From: Actinomycetes bacterium
GTDB lineage: Bacteria > Actinomycetota > Acidimicrobiia > Acidimicrobiales > Bog-793
Direction: 5' to 3'
Assembly (NCBI GenBank): GCA_021809425.1
Contig: JAKBAA010000001.1
Coordinates: forward strand, 26,693-90,692
Length of the DNA stretch: 64,000 nucleotides
Below the pieces are notes generated by a model. It worked only from the letters and a program-made list of their open reading frames with translations. It searched no databases and was not told where the DNA came from. A program made the translations under genes and the position numbers. Below, piece after piece: positions 26,473 through 33,529 of the stretch. The first letter of the stretch is position 1; every line of letters begins with the position of its first letter.

Positions 26473-27764
26473 GCGCCGAGGAGCTGCTCGAGCGGGCGGG
26501 CCGGGCCCGCCGCCCCGGCGGGCCGGTCACCGGAGGCAGCCGGGCGGGCGCCCTGGCCGGGAGGCTCGGGGTGGTGCTGCTCCGCCAGCTCGGCCGCCAA
26601 CTGGACGTCGGGTCGGTGACGGTGACGGCGGCCGGCCGGAGCTGGAGGGCCGGGGAGGGTGAGCCGCACGCCTCGGTCGTGGTCCACGACGACCGTGCCG
26701 TCGCGGCCCTCGTGGCCCGCGGCTCGGTCGGGCTCGGCGAGGGGTACATCGAAGGGTGGTGGGACGCCGACGACCTGACGGCGCTCGTGCGCGTCCTCGT
26801 GGCCAACCGGGGCCGCCTGGGCAAGGTCAGGGACGACCTCGGTCGGCTCGTGCACCCGCTGCTCGACCCGCTGCGCCGGCTCGGGGCTCCGGCGAAGGCC
26901 GACGACCGGCGCCGGGTGCGGGCCCACTACGACCTCGGCGACGAGCTGTTCGCGCTGATGCTCGACCCGACGATGAGCTACTCCTGCGCCGTGTTCGAGC
27001 GGCCGGGGATGTCGCTCGAGGAGGCGTCGGTCGCGAAGCTCGACCGGATCTGCCGCCGGCTCGGCCTCGGGCCAGGTGTCCACCTGCTCGAGATCGGCGC
27101 CGGCTGGGGTGGTCTCGCCTGCCACGCCGCCGCCCGCTACGGGTGCAGGGTCACCACCACCACCATCTCGGCTGCCCAGGAGGCGGCCGTGCGGGAGCGG
27201 GTGGCCCGCGAGGGGCTGGGCCGGCTGGTCGAGGTGCGGGGTGACGACTACCGCGACCTCGCCGGCCACGGGCGGTTCGATCGGCTGGTGTCGATCGAGA
27301 TGGTGGAGGCGGTCGACTGGCGCCGGCTCGACACGTTCTTCTCGACCTGTGCCCGGCTGCTCCGCCCGGACGGGCTGATGGCGCTGCAGGCCATCACCAT
27401 CGACGACCGCAGCTACCACCGGGCCAAGGCCGGGACCGACTTCGTCAAGGCGTACGTGTTCCCCGGCTCCTGCCTGCCGTCGGTCGAGGTGCTGGTGCGC
27501 GCAGCGGCGAGGGTCGGCCTTCGGCTGACCGGGCTCGAGGACATCGGCCACCACTACGCCGAGACGTTGCGGCGGTGGCGGGCCAACCTCGACGAGCGCG
27601 CCGACGAGGTGGCAGCCCTCGGGCTCGGGGAGCGGTTCGAGCGGCTGTGGCGGCTGTACCTCAGCTACTGCGAGGCGGCGTTCCTCGAGCGGCACGTGAG
27701 CGACGTGCAGATGGTGCTGGCAACGCCGGGGTGGCGCGACCAGCTCGCGGGTTGCGCCGGCTGA
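26469..27764 (+). CDS. cyclopropane-fatty-acyl-phospholipid synthase family SAM-dependent lipid methyltransferase
   Basis: ATG 26469 overlaps the upstream stop (ATGA). The segments HYDLGDELFALMLDPTMSYSCAVF, LLEIGAGWGG and RLYLSYCEAAF match the Cfa family. Confidence 0.9.
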   Translation: MSAEELLERAGRARRPGGPVTGGSRAGALAGRLGVVLLRQLGRQLDVGSVTVTAAGRSWRAGEGEPHASVVVHDDRAVAALVARGSVGLGEGYIEGWWDADDLTALVRVLVANRGRLGKVRDDLGRLVHPLLDPLRRLGAPAKADDRRRVRAHYDLGDELFALMLDPTMSYSCAVFERPGMSLEEASVAKLDRICRRLGLGPGVHLLEIGAGWGGLACHAAARYGCRVTTTTISAAQEAAVRERVAREGLGRLVEVRGDDYRDLAGHGRFDRLVSIEMVEAVDWRRLDTFFSTCARLLRPDGLMALQAITIDDRSYHRAKAGTDFVKAYVFPGSCLPSVEVLVRAAARVGLRLTGLEDIGHHYAETLRRWRANLDERADEVAALGLGERFERLWRLYLSYCEAAFLERHVSDVQMVLATPGWRDQLAGCAG

Positions 27765-28635
27765 GCAGCGACTCGACGGCGACGAGCGCCGCCTGGGCGT
27801 CGAGACCGCTCCAGCCGTCGGCACCGAGGTCGCGTGCGGCGACGGCCACCGGCACGCCGGCGCCACCGAGCAGCACGGGCACCTCGGCGGCATCGTGGAC
27901 GGCGGAGGCGACCGTGCGCAGCGCCTCGGCGTGGCCGGTCCCGGTGGCCCCGACGAGCACGGCAAGCGGCCGGAGGCGGCTGGCAGCGGCGGCGAAGGCC
28001 TCGGGGGGCGTGTCGGCTCCGAAGTCGACCACCTCGAAGCCGGCACCGCGCAGCTGGTCGGCCAGCATCGCCCCGGGAAGCTCGTGTCGCTCGCCGGCGA
28101 CGGCGCCGACGACGACGACCGCCCGCTTCCTGCCGCGGCGGGTGAACCGGGGGCCGAGCCGGCCGACGACCCGCCGTGCCGCAGCGGTCGCCAGGTGCTC
28201 CTCGCCGACGGACAGCTCCCCGGCCGCCCAGCGCTCGCCGATCGACCGCAGGGCGGGGGCCAGCATGGCGAGATGGATCTCGACCGGCTCGGCCCCCGAG
28301 GCGAGGGCGGCCTCCACCACGTTCCAGGCGCCGAGCTCGTCGCCGGCGAGCAGGCGCTGCTCGAGCTGCCGGCGAGCGGTCGAGCGGGGGAGCGGCCGCG
28401 GGGGAGGCACCTGGCCGGCGCCGCACAGCCGGGCGAGCTCGTCCTCGGCAACCCGCCACTCGCTCCCGTCCTTCGTGGCCGCCAGCCGCCCGGTGCGCAC
28501 GTAGCGGTAGGCGGTCATGTAGTGCACCCCGAGCCGCCCGGCCGCCTCGGCCAGCCCGACCGTGGCGTCGCCGCCGGCTCCCGGCCGCGCTCCCGGCCGC
28601 CCCGCCGGCCGCCCCGTCGTGGCCCCGGCGGTCAT
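27661..28635 (-). CDS. HTH (MerR/excisionase-type) plus B12-binding domain regulator, CarH/LitR-like
   Basis: The HTH is LAEAAGRLGVHYMTAYRYVRTGRL. The B12-binding_2 helix bundle carries W-x9-EH (ERWAAGELSVGEEH). The Rossmann B12 domain reads VVVVGAVAGERHELPG...VLLGGAG. The 3' end overlaps the cfa-like gene by 104 nt. Confidence 0.8.
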   Translation of the reverse strand: MTAGATTGRPAGRPGARPGAGGDATVGLAEAAGRLGVHYMTAYRYVRTGRLAATKDGSEWRVAEDELARLCGAGQVPPPRPLPRSTARRQLEQRLLAGDELGAWNVVEAALASGAEPVEIHLAMLAPALRSIGERWAAGELSVGEEHLATAAARRVVGRLGPRFTRRGRKRAVVVVGAVAGERHELPGAMLADQLRGAGFEVVDFGADTPPEAFAAAASRLRPLAVLVGATGTGHAEALRTVASAVHDAAEVPVLLGGAGVPVAVAARDLGADGWSGLDAQAALVAVESLLSRRNPRAGRATPALPAPSARRSRAARGTPPRSS

Positions 28636-28690
28636 TTACTGAGAATACCCCCGGCCGCCGGCGCGCCAGGAGGGACGGTGGCACGCCGGG

Positions 28691-29143
28691 TCACCGTGAC
28701 CGCCAGGCATCCGGGTCGGCGACGAGGGCGGCGAGGGCGTCGGGCAGCTCGCCGGCGGCGAGCTCGGCGAGGGTGACGCCCTCGAGCACGGTGCGCAGGC
28801 TGGCTCGCAGCGCCACCCACAGCCGCTGCAGGGGCTCGGCGGCGTCCTCGTAGGTCGCCGCCTCCGGTCGTAGGCCGCGCACCTCGGCGAGCGGCCCCTC
28901 GAGCGCACGCATCACGTCCGCCGGGGTCACCGTCGCCGGGTCGCGCCGGAAGCGGTAGCCGCCGGTCGGGCCCCGCCGGCTCGCCACGATGCCGGCGCGG
29001 CGTAGGTCGAGAAGGGTGGCCTCGAGGTAGCTCACCGGGAGGTGCTGGCGGCTGGCGAGCTCCTCGGCCGTGCGCGGGACGCCGTCGCTCGCGAGGGTGA
29101 GCAGCGCCCGGAGCGCGTAGTCGCAGCGGGCCGACACGTACAT
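28691..29143 (-). CDS. Rrf2 family transcriptional regulator
   Basis: ATG 29143 gives MYVSARCDYALRALLTLA, and SYLEATLLDLRRAGIV..RGPTGGY follows. There is no C-terminal Cys cluster. Confidence 0.85.
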   Translation of the reverse strand: MYVSARCDYALRALLTLASDGVPRTAEELASRQHLPVSYLEATLLDLRRAGIVASRRGPTGGYRFRRDPATVTPADVMRALEGPLAEVRGLRPEAATYEDAAEPLQRLWVALRASLRTVLEGVTLAELAAGELPDALAALVADPDAWRSR

Positions 29144-29193
29144 GGCACCAGTGTCGCCGCTCGGCCGCCGCGGAGGGGCGTCGAGCACAAAAG

Positions 29194-29222
29194 TTGACTT
29201 ACACGATCTACTTTGCTGAAAT
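29194..29222 (+). promoter_or_regulatory. candidate sigma70-type promoter for the TauE-like gene
   Basis: TTGACT (29194-29199), a 17-nt spacer, then TGAAAT (29217-29222). It sits in a rare AT-rich patch of the Rrf2/TauE divergent intergenic region. Confidence 0.35.
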
Positions 29223-29263
29223 AGTGGTCAGCTCGCCGGAGGGCGGCGGCGGGAGGGCGGCGG

Positions 29264-30184
29264 GTGAACGGGGACGTGGTGCTCGGCAGTGCCCTCGTCG
29301 GGCTGCTGGTCGGGCTGACGGGGGCGGGCGGCGGTGCGTTGATGACGCCGATGCTGACCCTCCTCTTGTCGGTCAAGCCGTCAGCCGCCATCTCGTCCGA
29401 CCTCGTGGCAGCGGTGTGCATGCGCCCGTTCGGGGCCGCCGTGCACCTTCGGCGCGGCAACGTCAACGGGCGCCTCGTCGCCTGGCTTGCGGTCGGGTCG
29501 GTGCCGGCGGCGGTCGCCGGCACGGCGCTGCTGCACGTGCTCGGGGCGGCGAGCGGCGCCCCGGCCGCGCTCGAGCTGGCGCTCGGGACGGCGCTGCTGG
29601 CGGGGGCGGCGGCGATGGTGCTGCGCCACGAGCTCGACCGGCGTTCGGGCCGCCGGCGCGACCAGCGGCTGGACGAGCTCGCCGTCCGCCCGTTCCTGAG
29701 CGTGGCGGTGGGTGCCGTCGGCGGCCTCGTGGTGGGGACGACGTCGGTGGGCGCCGGCAGCCTGATGACGGTGCTGCTGCTGTTCGTCTACCCGTGCATC
29801 GGGGCGCGGGCGCTCGTCGGGACCGACCTGGCACAGGCCATCCCGCTGTCGCTGGCGGCCGCGGCCGGGGCGCTGGCGTTCGGCCACGTGGCGCTCGGCT
29901 TGACGGCGGCGGTCGTGGTGGGCAGCGTGCCGGCGGTCGTGGTGGGCGCCCTCTGTTCGTCGCGCCTTCCCGACGCCGCCGTGCGCCCGGCCATGGCGCT
30001 GGCTATACTGGCGTCTGGGTGCAAGTATATAGGGTTGGGGCCGGCGCCGCTCATGGTGGTGGTGGCCGGTGCCGCGGCCGTCGCCGGGTCGGTCGCCCTG
30101 TGGCGGCGGCGCGGCCCGTCGGGTGGCCTTCGCCTCGCCGGCGCTCCGGCCGACGGGGAGCTGGGCGAACTGGCCGGTCGCTGA
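29264..30184 (+). CDS. sulfite exporter TauE/SafE family membrane protein
   Basis: Polytopic membrane protein with LTGAGGGALMTP and GVGAGSLMT repeats, typical of TauE/SafE. Confidence 0.85.
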   Translation: MNGDVVLGSALVGLLVGLTGAGGGALMTPMLTLLLSVKPSAAISSDLVAAVCMRPFGAAVHLRRGNVNGRLVAWLAVGSVPAAVAGTALLHVLGAASGAPAALELALGTALLAGAAAMVLRHELDRRSGRRRDQRLDELAVRPFLSVAVGAVGGLVVGTTSVGAGSLMTVLLLFVYPCIGARALVGTDLAQAIPLSLAAAAGALAFGHVALGLTAAVVVGSVPAVVVGALCSSRLPDAAVRPAMALAILASGCKYIGLGPAPLMVVVAGAAAVAGSVALWRRRGPSGGLRLAGAPADGELGELAGR

Positions 30185-30486
30185 AGCTGGCCACCTGGCC
30201 GGCCGTGGTGCGGCGCGGCTACACTTCCCGGCCGACGAAGCCCTCGTGCCCCGAGGAGGTGAGCCAGGTTGAGATCCGAGCCCCCCAGTAACTGGCCGCT
30301 CCGCGGCGCGTCCGGCCCGTCGTCTCGTTGAGACGGCGCTGATCCGAGGGCGCTGAGCCGGCGGCTCCGGGCGGCGCTTGCTCCGCCACCGCCGCGCCGA
30401 CCGCGGAGCGCACCACGCCGGCACCCGTGCGATGGCACGGCCGTGCCGGTCGTCCCGTGCCCGTCGGTTGTCCCGGAGGTCGTCCC

Positions 30487-32232
30487 ATGTCCCGCGCCCG
30501 CCCGCCCGTCGCGTCCCGCGGCGTCCCACGTCTCCGCCGCCCCCAGGCGACCTCGGCCCCTGCCGCCCTCGACACCGCCGGCGCCGCCGTCCTCGACACC
30601 GCCGGCGCCGCCGTCCTCGACACCGCCGGCGCCGCCGTCCTCGACACCGAGCACGTCGGCGACATCCGGGGCGCGCTCGGCACGATCGGCCGAGCCGACC
30701 TCGGGCCCCGACCGGCGATGTCGGCCAAGCTGAAGACGCTGCTCGCCATCGTCGGGCCCGGCCTCATCGTGATGGTGGGCGACAACGACGCCGGGGCGTT
30801 CAGCACGTACGGGCAGGCCGGCCAGAGCTTCGGGACGCACCTGCTGTGGACGCTGCTGCTGCTGGTGCCGGTGCTGTACGTGAACCAGGAGATGGTGCTG
30901 CGCCTCGGGGCGGTGACCGGGGTGGGGCACGCCCGACTGATCCTCGAGCGCTTCGGCAAGGTGTGGGGCGCCTTCTCGGTGATCGACCTGTTCGTGCTGA
31001 ACGCCCTCACGATCGTGACCGAGTTCATCGGGGTGACGCTCGCCACCGGCTACCTCGGCGTGCCGAAGGTCCCGGCGGTGGTGCTGGCCGGGCTGCTCGT
31101 TGTCGGCGCGGCGAGCACGGGGAGCTTCCGGCGGTTCGAGCGGATCTGCCTGACCCTCGTCGCCGGGTCGCTGCTGCTGCTGCCCATCTACCTGCTCGTC
31201 CACCCGAGCGTCGGCCAGATGGCGCACGGGCTGCTCGTGCCGGGGCTCCCGAAGGGCCAGCTGTCGACGGTGATGCTGCTCGTGATCGCCATCGTCGGGA
31301 CGACGGTGGCACCGTGGCAGCTGTTCTTCCAGCAGTCGTACGTCATCGACAAGCGGATCACGCCGCGCTTCATCCGCTACGAGCGGGTCGACCTGTGGCT
31401 CGGCATCGCCGTCGCCGTGGCGGGCGGCGCCGCCATGATCGGCTTCTCGGCCGCTGCTGCCGGCGGGCACGGGACGCCGTTCACCAATGCCGCCGGGGTG
31501 GCTGCCGCCCTCGGCCGGCACGCCGGGCGGATCGCCGGGGACCTGTTCGCCGTGGCGCTGCTCGACGCCAGCATCATCGGTGCCTGTGCCGTCAGCCTGT
31601 CGACGGCCTACGCCACAGCGGACGTGCTCGGGGTGAACCACTCGTTGCACCGCCCGGTGACCAAGGCGAAGGGGTTCTACGTCTGCTACGCCGGGCTGGT
31701 CGCCGCCGCCGGGGCGATCGTGCTCGTCCCGGGCGCCCCGCTCGGCCTGCTCACCGAGGGCGTCCAGACGCTCGCCGGCGTGCTGCTTCCGAGCGCCACG
31801 GTGTTCCTGCTGCTGCTGTGCAACGACAAGGCCGTGCTCGGCCCGTGGGTGAATTCGCGGTGGCTCAACGCCTTCACGGCTGCCGTCGTCTGGGTGCTGC
31901 TCCTGCTGTCGGTGGTGCTGACGGCGAGCGTGCTGTTCCCGGCGATCAGCGGGCGGGCGATCGTCGCCATCCTCGTCGGCGGCGCCATCCTCGGGATGGC
32001 GCTCGGTGCCTTCGTGGCGCTGTCGGCCCGGCGGGCCCCCGTCGGGGTGGCCGACGTCGTCACCGAGGTGACGCCGGGGCGTCGCGCCACCTGGCGGATG
32101 CCGGCGCTCAGCCTGCTGGAGCAGCCCCTGCTCAACCGGCAGCGCAAGGCGGGGCTCCTGGCGCTCCGGCTCTACCTGCTCGTGGCGTTCGCCCTCGTCA
32201 TCGTGAAGGTCGTCCAGGTCGCCGTCCGCTAG
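30487..32232 (+). CDS. NRAMP (SLC11) family transporter with non-canonical metal-site residues
   Basis: The core from 30718 aligns to MntH (GPGLIVMVGDNDAGAFSTYGQAG; IVGTTVAPWQLFF). ATG 30487 was chosen because GGAGG lies 7 nt upstream and GC3 is high. An alternative start is ATG 30718. Confidence 0.8.
   Translation: MSRARPPVASRGVPRLRRPQATSAPAALDTAGAAVLDTAGAAVLDTAGAAVLDTEHVGDIRGALGTIGRADLGPRPAMSAKLKTLLAIVGPGLIVMVGDNDAGAFSTYGQAGQSFGTHLLWTLLLLVPVLYVNQEMVLRLGAVTGVGHARLILERFGKVWGAFSVIDLFVLNALTIVTEFIGVTLATGYLGVPKVPAVVLAGLLVVGAASTGSFRRFERICLTLVAGSLLLLPIYLLVHPSVGQMAHGLLVPGLPKGQLSTVMLLVIAIVGTTVAPWQLFFQQSYVIDKRITPRFIRYERVDLWLGIAVAVAGGAAMIGFSAAAAGGHGTPFTNAAGVAAALGRHAGRIAGDLFAVALLDASIIGACAVSLSTAYATADVLGVNHSLHRPVTKAKGFYVCYAGLVAAAGAIVLVPGAPLGLLTEGVQTLAGVLLPSATVFLLLLCNDKAVLGPWVNSRWLNAFTAAVVWVLLLLSVVLTASVLFPAISGRAIVAILVGGAILGMALGAFVALSARRAPVGVADVVTEVTPGRRATWRMPALSLLEQPLLNRQRKAGLLALRLYLLVAFALVIVKVVQVAVR
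30567..30649 (+). repeat. perfect 24-bp tandem repeat x3.5 (CCTCGACACCGCCGGCGCCGCCGT)
   Basis: Direct reading of the sequence. It is in frame with the NRAMP ORF and encodes (LDTAGAAV)n. Confidence 0.95.
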
Positions 32233-32285
32233 CGGAGGCCCGCCCCGGCGTCGGGCCGGGGCCGGGCCGGGGCCGGGGCGGCGCG

Positions 32286-33404
32286 CTAGTAGCGGATGAC
32301 GCCGCGGATGTTCTTGCCGGCGTGCATGTCCTCGTAGCCGCGTGCGACCTCGTCGAGGGAGTACTCGGTGGTGACGAGCTCGTCCAGCTTGAGGCGGCCC
32401 TCCCGGTAGAGGCGGGCCTGGCGAAGGATGTCCGAGCTCGGCCGGGACGAGCCGAACACGGTGCCCTGGATCCGCTTCTGGAAGGTGGTCAGCTCGACGA
32501 AGGAGACCGGGATGCCCTTCTCCCCGGCGTCGCCGAGCCCGGTGATGACGACGGTGCCGGCCTTGCGGATGGCCGAGACGGCTTCGGCGACGTGCTCGCC
32601 GTGGACGACGCCGATGGCGACGATGCAGGCATCCGCGCCCTGGCCGTTCGTGACGCTGCGGGCGAGGTCGGCGGCCTCGTCGATCGTGGCGAAGGCGTGG
32701 GTGGCGCCGAACACGGGTGCCTGCTCGCGCTTGAAGGCGACCGGGTCGACGGCGATGACGTGGGAGGCGCCGGCGTGGGCGGCGCCCTGGACGGCGTTCA
32801 TGCCGATCCCGCCGAGGCCCATCACGATGACGGTCTCGCCCGGCTTGACCCCGGCGGCGTACACGGACGAGCCCCAGCCGGTGCCGACGGCGCAGCCGAG
32901 CAGGCAGAGCCGCTCGAGCGGGAGGTCCCGGTCGACCTTCACCGCCGAGTTGACGTCGACCACGGTGTGCTCGGCGAACGACCCGACGCCGAGCAGCTGG
33001 GCGACCGGGGTGCCGTCGGTCAGGTGGAACCGGTAGCTGTCGTGGTCGAAGAACCGGTGGCCCGCCAGCGCGTAGGCGCCGAGGTCGCACAGGTTCTGCA
33101 TGCCCTCGGCGCACCAGCGGCAGCGGCCGCACCCGGGGAGGAACGAGAACACCACGTGGTCGCCCACCTCCCAGCCCGGCGTGCCGGGGCCGACCGACTC
33201 CACGACGCCGGCGCCCTCGTGGCCGCCGAGGCAGGGGTACCGGGCGACGGCCATGTCGCCGGTGGCCACGTGGTCGTCCGAGTGGCACAGGCCGCTCGCC
33301 ACCATCCGCACGCCGAGCTCGCCCTGGCGGGGGGCGTCCAGCTCGAGATCGACCACCTCGAAGCTGCCGGGCGTCTTCCTGACGACTGCGCCGCGGGTCC
33401 GCAC
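32286..33404 (-). CDS. zinc-dependent alcohol dehydrogenase (NDMA-dependent-ADH-like)
   Basis: GTG 33404 follows GGAGG. The segments GLCHSDDH, GHEGAGVV and CGRCRWC match Zn-ADHs. The C-terminus is GKNIRGVIRY. Confidence 0.9.
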   Translation of the reverse strand: MRTRGAVVRKTPGSFEVVDLELDAPRQGELGVRMVASGLCHSDDHVATGDMAVARYPCLGGHEGAGVVESVGPGTPGWEVGDHVVFSFLPGCGRCRWCAEGMQNLCDLGAYALAGHRFFDHDSYRFHLTDGTPVAQLLGVGSFAEHTVVDVNSAVKVDRDLPLERLCLLGCAVGTGWGSSVYAAGVKPGETVIVMGLGGIGMNAVQGAAHAGASHVIAVDPVAFKREQAPVFGATHAFATIDEAADLARSVTNGQGADACIVAIGVVHGEHVAEAVSAIRKAGTVVITGLGDAGEKGIPVSFVELTTFQKRIQGTVFGSSRPSSDILRQARLYREGRLKLDELVTTEYSLDEVARGYEDMHAGKNIRGVIRY

Positions 33405-33529
33405 GCCGACCACCTCCAGACCCCGGGCCCCACCGCCCGGATCGGCGTGAGCGTAGCCCCGCCGCCGCCGGACGTGGCCCGGTCGGTGGTCGCGCCGACC
33501 GAGGCATGCGCCGGCCGTGCGGCCAGCGC

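Noticed and set aside
29144-29263. Rrf2 operator palindrome in the Rrf2/TauE divergent region.
   Set aside because: I found only a weak 5-of-6 inverted match (GTTGAC ... GTCAGC). That is insufficient to call a binding site without comparative data.
30567-30649. The 24-bp perfect repeats as an operator or iteron array in the promoter of the NRAMP gene.
   Set aside because: The repeat is in frame with the transporter ORF, and every codon ends in C. An SD-preceded ATG lies upstream at 30487, so coding is the simpler reading. The alternative is kept as a caveat in the finding.
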